DNA from: a virus
DNA: 64,000 nucleotides
Virus record (IMG/VR): IMGVR_UViG_3300024264_000019
Span: 14,209-78,208 of that record
Direction: 5' to 3' (one strand)
The stretch's first letter is position 1. Each line of letters starts with the position of its first letter. The translations under genes were made by a program, and so were the position numbers. The notes under the pieces are model-generated. The model saw only the letters and a program-made list of their open reading frames with translations, searched no databases and was not told where the DNA came from. This document shows positions 1 to 9,922 of this stretch, one piece after another.

Positions 1-69
1 GAGCAGCCGTTGAATTATCCTCTAAGTCTGTATCTTATTTTGGCAACTATCAAATATCTAAAAAAGATA

Positions 70-420
70 TTAGTCAATATATTTCCTGATTAAAAAATAT
101 ATTAATACTGGATAAGTAAAAAAAGCAAAAGGTATTACCATTAAATTAACATCAAGGTAAATAGCTATTACTCCAGAAAAAACTGCACCAACCCAATGGC
201 TAAAACATATAGGGCAAGTTATTAGTTCCCCAAGTATTCCCCAGTTTTTATAAACGTACTCATCAAAGTCAGTCGGAGTGTAAACCATTTTATTTATACG
301 CCTAAAGAAAAACCATACTTTTAAAAATTTAACTTTTAAAGTTGTTGTTTGCCATGTAAATATCCAATTTAATGCAGCTAGAAAACCCCAAACATAAACC
401 TCTATAATTTCTTGAACCAT
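70..420 (-). CDS. Small membrane protein, DUF1360-like
   Basis: Hydrophobic helices flanking GELITCPICFSHW (CxxCxxxW motif). Confidence 0.5.
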   Translation of the reverse strand: MVQEIIEVYVWGFLAALNWIFTWQTTTLKVKFLKVWFFFRRINKMVYTPTDFDEYVYKNWGILGELITCPICFSHWVGAVFSGVIAIYLDVNLMVIPFAFFTYPVLIYFLIRKYID

Positions 421-432
421 ATATTATATATA

Positions 433-1989
433 TTAATCATGAAAATGAATTATTCCACCAAATATATTGAAACCCTGAATCAAAGTTGTAAAATTTAAAT
501 TTTCTTGGTAAGAGTCGTAATTTTTTATAGGATTGTAAATCATTGGTCCAGATCCACCTAAAGCAAATTGTACAGAATCCGCAACAAATACATCCCCATT
601 CCCTACAGCTATTGGTCCAGCTGATATAGAATACTCTGGATTATAAGATGTTGGATCTTGATCGATACTGCTTCTTGAAAAATCAGCACAAGATGATGGA
701 GACTCAACCCACCCCTTTCTGGAAGATATTATATTCCCAGAGTGGTCTAAAAAATACACACCGTTTTGCCACATACTCAAAACTATATAATTCTCATCAA
801 CTCCTATCCCTGTTGGGAATGTTCCTATTTGCTCTGGGCTTTTTATATTCTCGACGCCTCCCGAACAAGTTGCTAGTAAAGACCTAGAATTTAAAATGTA
901 ACTATTTCGTTGGTTTAATATTATAGCGCCGTAAGACCCTTTGAAATCTTGTAAGGTGTTAAAGTCAAAACAGTTAATAAAATCATCAAGACACCAAGGG
1001 TTGTTTTTGTATTGATCATCCTTAAATAATAAATTCCCATTTTTATAAACACTTCCTTGTACCCGATCTGGAAAATTAGATACAGCTGTAAAGAAAACGT
1101 CATCCCCTATTGCGTCAACAGCTGTGACTTGCTCATTAAAACCTATAGGATCATACTCAACTCTCGGAATTTTAGTGTCTGGATTGATAGTCACCTTGGC
1201 TCCATAACACCCTCTCCGCGTACCAATAAAAACACGCTCAGATCCAGATTTCATATCTGTTACGTCTGAATTTAAATCTATTTTTTTAATAAAAGCTGAC
1301 CCCACCTTACCTTCTAATATTTTAGATATTTTGTATACATAAACTCCATGCGATTGTTTTTTAATACTTAAAAGACTTTGGGTGTAAGATCCGTACTCTG
1401 GATAATTATTTGGATTTGGCGGTGGGGTATAACCACAAGTCCCTACGTAGAGGTATCCATTCAAACATGCTACTTTATTGGCAATCGTTCCCGAAAAAGA
1501 TGCTACGTTTTTATATGTATTATTTTCTATATCGTAATACACAACATCCTGTCCTCTAGCTATAAATATAGATTTTGATGTGTAAAAATCAGCTCCATAA
1601 GATCCTGTAAAATTATCAAATCCATACCTTGTGCCTCTTCTATCACCACTCCAGTAATAATCACCAAACCTCCCCTGAAAAGATCTCGTATTTCCTCCGC
1701 TTCCATTAATATTTGTGTGAGCGGTTACACTTTTGTTTTTATACTTACTTATTATAACCCCAGCAGACCCGTGACAAGAAACTAAAAAATCATCACTAAC
1801 TCTTATATCGTAGGTGAAATTTGGATTCGCGCCACCCCCTAAACTTAGCACGTTCAGAGACTCAGTCCTAGAGGAAAAATATTCTGATTGTAAATACGGC
1901 TGTGAACTCGTGGAAGGATTTCCATAATATTTAATCCTACCATCAATAATCTCTCTTTCTTCAGGGCTGCAACAGTGGCCTACTCCCAT
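433..1989 (-). CDS. Putative virion/tail-associated beta-propeller-like protein
   Basis: Long ORF of repeated short beta-strand blades (YLYVGT, RVFIGT, DVFFTA, DVFVAD) at the end of the tail module. Start moved to ATG 1989 (MGVGHCC) to abut the upstream stop. Confidence 0.45.
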   Translation of the reverse strand: MGVGHCCSPEEREIIDGRIKYYGNPSTSSQPYLQSEYFSSRTESLNVLSLGGGANPNFTYDIRVSDDFLVSCHGSAGVIISKYKNKSVTAHTNINGSGGNTRSFQGRFGDYYWSGDRRGTRYGFDNFTGSYGADFYTSKSIFIARGQDVVYYDIENNTYKNVASFSGTIANKVACLNGYLYVGTCGYTPPPNPNNYPEYGSYTQSLLSIKKQSHGVYVYKISKILEGKVGSAFIKKIDLNSDVTDMKSGSERVFIGTRRGCYGAKVTINPDTKIPRVEYDPIGFNEQVTAVDAIGDDVFFTAVSNFPDRVQGSVYKNGNLLFKDDQYKNNPWCLDDFINCFDFNTLQDFKGSYGAIILNQRNSYILNSRSLLATCSGGVENIKSPEQIGTFPTGIGVDENYIVLSMWQNGVYFLDHSGNIISSRKGWVESPSSCADFSRSSIDQDPTSYNPEYSISAGPIAVGNGDVFVADSVQFALGGSGPMIYNPIKNYDSYQENLNFTTLIQGFNIFGGIIHFHD

Positions 1990-1990
1990 A

Positions 1991-2242
1991 TCATCCTTCT
2001 TTCCAAGCTTGAGTTCCAAGTACATACATCTTATACTTTTCTCCATCCTCCGAACAATAATCAATTTTCCTAAGTTTTAATTCTAGTAGTGATGGCTTGC
2101 TATCAACTGTTGGTAAGGGCTGAACTGATTCTCCAGAATCTATGTTAAACCTAAATTCACTGCCATCACTAGTTATTACTATATGAGACTCACCATTATC
2201 AACGTACATTTTTACTAATTTACTTGCTTTTATATTCCTCAT
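1991..2242 (-). CDS. Hypothetical protein
   Basis: 83-aa ORF translationally coupled to both neighbours. Confidence 0.6.
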   Translation of the reverse strand: MRNIKASKLVKMYVDNGESHIVITSDGSEFRFNIDSGESVQPLPTVDSKPSLLELKLRKIDYCSEDGEKYKMYVLGTQAWKEG

Positions 2243-4644
2243 TATCTTATCAGGTTTTGTAGTGATACTTTTGCAGCATCCATACCTCTAAAATCTGGAG
2301 TGCTTGATTTTTCAGAAAAAGAATATTTTGCATTCATTTTTCCATCGTTAATTGTTATAGATAGAGCTTCTAAAAATTTCATTTGATTTTCTGTTAACGA
2401 GTACAACTCATTAACCAAGGAAAAAGAAATAGTTTCTATAAACGGCACTGAACCAGGTTGACCACAACTAAAACTAAAGGGAGGTCTTTTTATGTAATTA
2501 ACATTATTCTCTCTCCATAAAACTTTTGCCGCTTGCTCTTGATTATACGCTATTCCTTCGTACCAGGATAAGTTATTAACTTTATGAAATTTATGTCTAT
2601 TTAATTTGTAAGCTTGACTATCAGGCGGATCAATAAAGTGGGATTTACATTTTTGTATATGCTCTCTCCTTGATACTGCAATTTTTTCATTTATTGTCTC
2701 TATCTGCTCTTGTTCCGTTAGAGAGTTTCTATTCTTTCTTAAATTATCCTCACCTAAAGCTGATTTATTTCCAGTATAAAAAGTGTCTGGGTCTCGAACG
2801 CCGCTCCAAAAAGCTCTTGCTCGCCCACCGTTTCTTTTTTCCCCATGTGTATTTATTGTATTAACTGCATTTTGATAAAGATTTTGAGCTCTCGTGTATA
2901 ACGTTCCATATTTTACAGCAGCCACTCCGCCAAATTGAGTTCCGCCCTTCGCAAGTGTTGATGCTGATATGTCTATGAAGTTTTCAACTCCATTTAGGTT
3001 AGCTTCCATTGGTATAGATGGGAATGGTATAGATCCATAATCCGCTAAAATAATTCCCTCATTTGGGTTGTCCGTGCCAACAAGAGAGGCTATTGAAGTG
3101 CTAGCTCCCTCCCCAGTGAACCCAAACTCTCTTGCCTGGGTCTGCCCTGGAACGAATGATAAACTCGCGGTTCCAGTTATAGTCCAAGTCCTTGACCCCA
3201 TCGGCTGAGGAGCTGTTCCGTAATTTTCAAAACCAAAAGTTTGGGGGAAATAATTATCTTTAGCATCGCCCTGTTGAGTTATTCCTTTGGTTCCTCCAGT
3301 ATATTCATCCGCTCTCTTTGCATACCAAAATCTTCCATCATTTTCCCAAGCTGTAACAGCTTCGTCAAAATCAACATCTTGCATACCTGAAGCAAATAAA
3401 GCTTGTTTTGCTAATTCGATAAAATCTTCGTTTCTTAAAGCGTATTCAGCGTTTTTATACCACGTGTAACCCGCTAGGTGTTCCATATCATATAATTCTG
3501 ATACTCCAGGATCAACTGGATCTCCGTATTGTGAAATAGCGTAAGCTGCTCCCAGCTCTGTAAAAATAGGGTGGTGTTTAACTATATTCCAAGCTAAAGC
3601 GCTAACATTATACAGATGACCGAATTGCAATTTGCTAGTTAATCTGACATCTCCTGAGTGAAACGTTCCAGAGTTATTTACGTAATAATTATTTGTTGTA
3701 TTGGTTGATGTGTCTTGGTGATCTCTCCTATATCTACCAGGAGTTCTTGATATTAATTGATACTCCGTTTCGTATCCAGCGCTATAATCCTTAGTTATAC
3801 TTGAGCTTGTTGCTGAATCTGGAACCGTAATACCATTAAGCGTTAACTTTTCCTTTGTTCCGTATCCTGAATCTATATTCAAGTACTTAATTCCATGTAT
3901 TGAATTCGCTACAAATAACTTTCCAAATCTACTACCAATTGATGATAAAACGTCAAAATACGTGCCTGAATCATTAAATACTCCATCTATCGGACTGGTG
4001 TTTTTCACTAGCGGGAAAAAATTAAATAGCTCATGAGCCATGTAATAATATTCTCCAAACTCTACCATCGGGTCAGGCAGACCTGGGCTGTGATTTTTAA
4101 CGAATTCTTCTGGCGTAACGTTAAGAACATTTTCTGGAAGTCCATCATTATTTATAAATAACTTACCAGAATTTAATTTACTATAATAAGCTCTTAGGTA
4201 ATTTCTATCAACTAGTATATTTTTAGGAACTCCATCGAATTTTGACATAGGTATTCCACTAATATTAAAAAACTCACGGCCTATAAAAGTATCATAAAAT
4301 CCATCTGCTGGTCCAGCTGCTATGAAACTTGTTGAATACTCCAACCAAATAGTATCAATTAATCTTACATTTGTGACTACCCCAGATGAAGATTTATCTA
4401 CTGAAACTGAAGCCACAGTCCAATTTGAGGGGTTCAATATTGGAATGCCCAACGTTTTAATATAATTTGTTATCTTAAACCCTAAGTCTTTATAGTCATC
4501 AATCTCTCCAATCAGGGAAGCGTCTATTGTTGGACCTGAAGCTGGAGATAAATTCATATTTAACGAAACGAATCTCGAGCAGAATGCTTCAATATTTTTC
4601 TTAGTGCAGAGCTGTGTTGGTGTTGGTGTTGGTGTTGTACTCAT
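2242..4644 (-). CDS. Putative tail tip/hub protein with N-terminal TPTPTPT tract
   Basis: 800-aa ORF; function inferred from position downstream of the TMP. Confidence 0.45.
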   Translation of the reverse strand: MSTTPTPTPTQLCTKKNIEAFCSRFVSLNMNLSPASGPTIDASLIGEIDDYKDLGFKITNYIKTLGIPILNPSNWTVASVSVDKSSSGVVTNVRLIDTIWLEYSTSFIAAGPADGFYDTFIGREFFNISGIPMSKFDGVPKNILVDRNYLRAYYSKLNSGKLFINNDGLPENVLNVTPEEFVKNHSPGLPDPMVEFGEYYYMAHELFNFFPLVKNTSPIDGVFNDSGTYFDVLSSIGSRFGKLFVANSIHGIKYLNIDSGYGTKEKLTLNGITVPDSATSSSITKDYSAGYETEYQLISRTPGRYRRDHQDTSTNTTNNYYVNNSGTFHSGDVRLTSKLQFGHLYNVSALAWNIVKHHPIFTELGAAYAISQYGDPVDPGVSELYDMEHLAGYTWYKNAEYALRNEDFIELAKQALFASGMQDVDFDEAVTAWENDGRFWYAKRADEYTGGTKGITQQGDAKDNYFPQTFGFENYGTAPQPMGSRTWTITGTASLSFVPGQTQAREFGFTGEGASTSIASLVGTDNPNEGIILADYGSIPFPSIPMEANLNGVENFIDISASTLAKGGTQFGGVAAVKYGTLYTRAQNLYQNAVNTINTHGEKRNGGRARAFWSGVRDPDTFYTGNKSALGEDNLRKNRNSLTEQEQIETINEKIAVSRREHIQKCKSHFIDPPDSQAYKLNRHKFHKVNNLSWYEGIAYNQEQAAKVLWRENNVNYIKRPPFSFSCGQPGSVPFIETISFSLVNELYSLTENQMKFLEALSITINDGKMNAKYSFSEKSSTPDFRGMDAAKVSLQNLIR

Positions 4645-4652
4645 TTTAAAAA

Positions 4653-6320
4653 TTACACAACAGAATCAAAATATTCCCTTGTTTCCGCTATGGACGCTTG
4701 GCTATTGTTTATATTATAACTTTTATTCTGCCCTATTTTTACTTTTTCTTCACTCGAGAAAAACTCTTGCTCCATGGTTAAGAAAATACTATTTATTTTC
4801 TCAGTTAATTTATTCAACGCATTATCTTTATCATTTTCTTCATTACCAGTTTTGTTTATGTATTCACCAGATGCGTTAATTGATACAGAGCCCTTAGTGA
4901 AACCAGACCTCGTAACAGTATATTGATTCATACCTCCTCCGAAATTCATATCAACTGAATATTTTGGAGATCTCATATTCACCGAGGATGAACATTGAAA
5001 ATTTTTAAAATCTTCAGGTTTATCTTTATTTGAAAAATTATAATTAAATTTTATTTCACCGCCTTTTTGATTTTCTTCAATACTACTACTTTCAGGTTCG
5101 CCAAGTAATGTCACATTTGTTAAAAATTGATTTATCTCTTGTTGAGCCTCTTGATGAGCCCAGCTTTCGTATAATACTGAATCGTAAGGTTTATTTATAA
5201 AATTTGAATGCACCAATCTCCATCTTTCCTCAATAGGCCCTTGTGCTAAAATTAATCCGTCTATTGATAAACTTACAACACTATCTTCCCCCACGCTTAT
5301 AGATGTATTTAATTGTGTAGAAACCCCGCACTCATTAAAACTATCATCATTATTAAAATTTAAAGAAAATGAAATTGTTCCAGCTCTCTCGTTTTCGTTA
5401 AAACTAATACTTCTTGGTATTCTATTGTACCCCTCATCCCCGTAAGCGTTAATTATTTCTTGATAGAAATCAATATCCTTAACTTGGTTCCTAACATCAT
5501 TAAAATTAGAATCAATTCCAGCTGTTATTTCTCCACTAATTTCTATTTGGTTTATTCCACCAAAAGTACTCGACTTATTAATTGCATATCGAACTACGCC
5601 AACATCATTCGAGGAGCCATTTTTATCTAATAAATAATTTTCTTGCACTTGTACAGAATTACTTATTCTGTCTATTTTTTCAGACTCAGAGGTTAATATT
5701 AGCGCAGCATTTTCAGATCCTAATGGTTTACTTGTGTTATTTCTTCCTCGAAAATTATCAACAAAATCAATGGCGTTTTGTAAAGCTGAGGATATTTCCG
5801 TGTCATTCAACCCATTCAATTCTCCATCTTGAGTGTTAATACCATTTGCTGATATCGATCTTTGTATTGAGTAAACATCGTCTTCCATCTTTTCAATCGA
5901 AGTTGAGTTCACGGGTTTATCTATGCCGTAAAATTCGTTATGAGTTAATTCATCGTAGCATTCTATTTTTATTGAATATTCTAGTGTTTTTTTATAGTCT
6001 TGCTCTGGAAAAGAAATCTCTGAAATTATACAGAAATCTTTTTGTAATATTATTTCTCCATCTTCTTTAATTTCAAGTTTTTTAAAATCTTCAGAAAAAG
6101 CTTGAACCAGTTCATCTCTTCTTTGTTTCAAGAAGTTGAAGTAATCGCAATTTGCAATTTCTTCACTAAAATAAATCTGTCCATTTAATTCTATTTTTTC
6201 TTTTACTCCCTTCTTGTCTCCAAAAAAAACATCTGATGTAGATCTTTTCACCTCGGGAGTTGGTAGATTTTTACTGGAAAAGAAGTCTGCGTTATTATAA
6301 AATATATTTACTTTTTTCAT
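4653..6320 (-). CDS. Putative distal tail protein
   Basis: Beta-rich ORF after the TMP; start moved to ATG 6320 (MKKVNIFY). Confidence 0.45.
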   Translation of the reverse strand: MKKVNIFYNNADFFSSKNLPTPEVKRSTSDVFFGDKKGVKEKIELNGQIYFSEEIANCDYFNFLKQRRDELVQAFSEDFKKLEIKEDGEIILQKDFCIISEISFPEQDYKKTLEYSIKIECYDELTHNEFYGIDKPVNSTSIEKMEDDVYSIQRSISANGINTQDGELNGLNDTEISSALQNAIDFVDNFRGRNNTSKPLGSENAALILTSESEKIDRISNSVQVQENYLLDKNGSSNDVGVVRYAINKSSTFGGINQIEISGEITAGIDSNFNDVRNQVKDIDFYQEIINAYGDEGYNRIPRSISFNENERAGTISFSLNFNNDDSFNECGVSTQLNTSISVGEDSVVSLSIDGLILAQGPIEERWRLVHSNFINKPYDSVLYESWAHQEAQQEINQFLTNVTLLGEPESSSIEENQKGGEIKFNYNFSNKDKPEDFKNFQCSSSVNMRSPKYSVDMNFGGGMNQYTVTRSGFTKGSVSINASGEYINKTGNEENDKDNALNKLTEKINSIFLTMEQEFFSSEEKVKIGQNKSYNINNSQASIAETREYFDSVV

Positions 6321-6324
6321 AAAA

Positions 6325-9300
6325 TTAACATGTTGAAAATACATCATTAATGCAAGGTAGCACTTGTCCAGCATCAGGCCCGTCAGTTAAATTCACAGAG
6401 CAAGAACAATCGCACTCAGTTTCACCACAATTAGTGAAATATCCAGCGCCACTAATATGCTGCGCTCCACAAAGGGAACAGTCTACGGTAGCTGGAGTTG
6501 GTGTGGTAGTGGTTGTTGAGGTTGGTGTGGTAGTGGTTGTTGAGGTTGGTGTGGTAGTGGTTGTTGAGGTTGGTGTGGTAGTAGTTGTTGAAGTTTGAGT
6601 TAAAGTAGTTGTTGAGGTTGTGGTGCTTGTCGGTGTTAAAGGAGTTTCATAATCGATTACGCAATTCACAGTTAAAGAACTTTCTGAGCAATCAACCTCT
6701 TTTACAATCACTGAATATATAAGTTCGTTGTTTGAAAACTCATTACAATTGTCATACACTTGGTTTTTATTTAAAACTCTCTGGCCTCTATTAAATTCTT
6801 GCGATAAGGAACAATTTTTATAACCAACAATCTCAAAGCATTTTCCCGAGCTCCAGTTTGATACCCCTGATATAATTTGTTCCGCTAGTGTTAATGAGGA
6901 TCCTGTTGGAATTATTATTTCTTGATTTATGTATCTCTGCTCAACGTTGGTAAACTCAGTTCTTTCGCTCCCACAAAGTTTAAAGACAACTGTGTTGTAA
7001 ACAACAACTCCATTATTAAAATACGGGTGAGACTGATTGTTCAAATTTGATTTTATTACTTTTGAGGCTGAATTAACACTACCATAAGAATACTCAAACG
7101 TTCCAGGGTTCACCATTGCTCCCGTGTAATTTTCGTCAGTTCCCATGCAGGAGCCATCGTTACTAGACCTTATTAAACAACTTATATCTTCTTCATAAAA
7201 CTCAGGGACGCTAACTTCAAAGAATTCGCAATCATCAGTATATGGAGGGGTAAAATTTGAACCGCCAGGAATATCAAATATAAAACTATACCATCTATCT
7301 CCAGACCCAGACCTTATACAGTCTTTGACGTTATTATTACTTGCGTATGAATTTGATATTAGTGTTTCGTTTAAAATTGACGCGGATCCACTATCATCGA
7401 AGCATTGTTTACCTTTGATTAAAACAGCTCCCTGTATATTGACTAGAGCATCTATATTATCGTTAAAATTTTCAGGTATAAACACTTCAACTCTTTCAGT
7501 AGTTTGCGTCGGGGTTGGGGTGGTATTTATGGGTGTTGGGAAAATAGTGGGAGTGGCGGTTTGAGTCGGGGTAGGTGTCTTAAAATAGAAATTAAAATCT
7601 GTTAACGTGGGTAATGGTGTCGGGGTTAGTTCGACAATTGGTGTTGAAAAATCATAACCATAATCGTTATAGTTCCACGCTTGAGTTGGTGGTGGCGTAA
7701 AACTGTATTGATAATCTATGGGGTTAAATACTTGATTTTCAAACATAGTGGGCGTTGGAACATTCCCCAAATCTACCCACCCATGTTTACTATCTCCATC
7801 GGTGGATGTCGGGCATTCGGATAGATCTATAACAGATCTATTGTATTGAATTTTATCCTCCTCTTGATTGTGAGAAAAATCTTCGTTTACTGTAAATTCT
7901 AATTTATTATATGTATCTTGTACATAACTTTTAGTTCCCTCCGACCCCAGTCCAAACATTAAATTTTTATGCAAAAGAATAGTTTTTGATGCGTTTAATA
8001 AATCCAGCACACCAACTCCTTTATTTCCAAAAACCGAAATAGATACATTTATACCCTTTGGTTGGAATAAATCTCCCATGAGCTGAGCTACCGCATTACA
8101 ATTAACAGCAAACTCATTAAATACCCCAACTCTTTCATCAATAGAAACTTCTATATCGTATTTTTTAACTAAATTTTTAACGGAATCTGGCATATCGCTA
8201 TAGGAAGGCTTATTGCTATATACCAACCCATAGCTTATTCTCCCAGAAACATCCTCAATGGATAAAGTTCTACCTATTTCTATAAAATCCCCAGATAAAC
8301 TATACGCTGTCTTTGCGTTATTTATAATCGTATTCTTATTAGAATCAAAATCTAACAAAGATTGCTTTGCGTTTAACTTTCTACTGTTGGAATTATCACC
8401 CTTGCCCTGCGCCGTTCCATTAAAAGATAATAATTGATACCCTTCCGAGTTTTCTATACTTAAAGAATCTTCAAGCTTATAATATTTACTTGTTGATTTT
8501 ACATTCCTAGTGTCATTTGTGTAAGTTATGCTCAGCTCTGATGTGCAACTTTTAAAATCAAATGAAACAGTTTTATTTTCTTCTATATCATAAATGTTAT
8601 TTTCATCAATAGTTTGAGTTCTAGTTGGCGTTGGGCATCCAAATTTATAGTAATCATTATAAGACGCTAAAGCGTTAACACATCTATCCCTCGATGCAGC
8701 TTCAACAATGTTTGTGTAATTTTTAATCTTAGCATCTGTTCTTTGTGATAAACATTTAATTTCATTTTTATCAGCGACCGTTATTATTCCCTCTTCTCCG
8801 ATCTCAATTGTTAAAGTGTTTTTGTTTGAATAATTTCCAGAATCATCGATTTCTGAATATTTTATTTTTTTTGATATTGAATAAGATAAATTAATTTCGT
8901 CAAAGCTTTCTACCGTCTCAAAATTATCAAAAAGTTTTTGCATTGAATATTTCTCAGAAATACTACTTGTTATTATTGGATACTCCGATGAAGATGATAA
9001 TAAAAAACTAGCAAATGCTCTTGATTTCTCTAGAGGTGTGTCTTCTTTTTTACATAAATAAAAATTATCAAAAAAAGTATCTCTACTTTGATTTGCATTC
9101 AAACTAAATAAAACAGAAGAATTTGATGAGACACTAAACTCAATTTTCTTTCTACCCGTTTTCTCTTCGAGGGATATTGTTTTATCTAAACAACTTAGGC
9201 TACAAACTCCCACTGAGCTTGAGTCTTGGCCTAGATAATCAAATTCTAGGATGTACGTACCAGCGTCAAGACTTACGCTTTGTGTTGAAGTCTCACCAGC

Positions 9301-9921
9301 TTGCACTTTAATTGAGCCCTTACCTTTGTTTCTTAAATTAGCTATTTTTTGATTCTGTAAAGATGCGTTTTGCCATAAGTTTTTCCTTTTTGGCATTATC
9401 GACGATCTTCTATCAAATGAGCAATCAATCGAGTGGTTAATATCTACATCGTCACCATTTTGTTTAAAGTCAAAGCTTTCACTAATTGATTTTAAATATT
9501 TAAAATCTTCTTCTGATATACTTGAATCACTAAAACTCAAATCGCTAACGCTATTCTGGCTTAATTTTAATTTGGTAATATCAGCTGATTCGTTAAATTC
9601 TATTTGAGCTACGTAACTAGCGTCTTGAATATGACTCCCCCTAACAGAGTAAGATATAATCAATCCCTCTCCGAAACTTACATCATTAATAAAAATTTCT
9701 TGTAAACCATGGCTAATAGATCCATCTTGAGAGTTTAAAGAATTTTCTACCTCAATTAAATCATTAGTTTCTTTTAATATTTGCTTGACCCCACTAGTGT
9801 TTGATAAACTTAGTAAGTTTCCAGATATGTTTATATTTTTTTTCTTTCTGAAAATTAAATCTGTACCAACCTTACCATTCTCAAACGATACTCCGAGTAT
9901 TTCTACGTTATTAAATTTCAT
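6325..9921 (-). CDS. Putative tail protein with Thr/Pro-rich stalks and Cys-rich C-terminal domains
   Basis: 1198 aa directly after the TMP; PTPTQT tracts, (TSTTTTTP)n and a Cys-rich tail. Confidence 0.5.
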   Translation of the reverse strand: MKFNNVEILGVSFENGKVGTDLIFRKKKNINISGNLLSLSNTSGVKQILKETNDLIEVENSLNSQDGSISHGLQEIFINDVSFGEGLIISYSVRGSHIQDASYVAQIEFNESADITKLKLSQNSVSDLSFSDSSISEEDFKYLKSISESFDFKQNGDDVDINHSIDCSFDRRSSIMPKRKNLWQNASLQNQKIANLRNKGKGSIKVQAGETSTQSVSLDAGTYILEFDYLGQDSSSVGVCSLSCLDKTISLEEKTGRKKIEFSVSSNSSVLFSLNANQSRDTFFDNFYLCKKEDTPLEKSRAFASFLLSSSSEYPIITSSISEKYSMQKLFDNFETVESFDEINLSYSISKKIKYSEIDDSGNYSNKNTLTIEIGEEGIITVADKNEIKCLSQRTDAKIKNYTNIVEAASRDRCVNALASYNDYYKFGCPTPTRTQTIDENNIYDIEENKTVSFDFKSCTSELSITYTNDTRNVKSTSKYYKLEDSLSIENSEGYQLLSFNGTAQGKGDNSNSRKLNAKQSLLDFDSNKNTIINNAKTAYSLSGDFIEIGRTLSIEDVSGRISYGLVYSNKPSYSDMPDSVKNLVKKYDIEVSIDERVGVFNEFAVNCNAVAQLMGDLFQPKGINVSISVFGNKGVGVLDLLNASKTILLHKNLMFGLGSEGTKSYVQDTYNKLEFTVNEDFSHNQEEDKIQYNRSVIDLSECPTSTDGDSKHGWVDLGNVPTPTMFENQVFNPIDYQYSFTPPPTQAWNYNDYGYDFSTPIVELTPTPLPTLTDFNFYFKTPTPTQTATPTIFPTPINTTPTPTQTTERVEVFIPENFNDNIDALVNIQGAVLIKGKQCFDDSGSASILNETLISNSYASNNNVKDCIRSGSGDRWYSFIFDIPGGSNFTPPYTDDCEFFEVSVPEFYEEDISCLIRSSNDGSCMGTDENYTGAMVNPGTFEYSYGSVNSASKVIKSNLNNQSHPYFNNGVVVYNTVVFKLCGSERTEFTNVEQRYINQEIIIPTGSSLTLAEQIISGVSNWSSGKCFEIVGYKNCSLSQEFNRGQRVLNKNQVYDNCNEFSNNELIYSVIVKEVDCSESSLTVNCVIDYETPLTPTSTTTSTTTLTQTSTTTTTPTSTTTTTPTSTTTTTPTSTTTTTPTPATVDCSLCGAQHISGAGYFTNCGETECDCSCSVNLTDGPDAGQVLPCINDVFSTC
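6495..6600. repeat. 24-bp tandem repeat encoding (TSTTTTTP)n
   Basis: About 4 copies of ggttgttgaggttggtgtggtagt. Confidence 0.9.
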
Positions 9922-9922
9922 T

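Noticed and set aside
433-9921. Diversity-generating retroelement target in the tail genes
   Set aside because: No reverse transcriptase and no adenine-mismatched template/variable repeat pair seen in the window.
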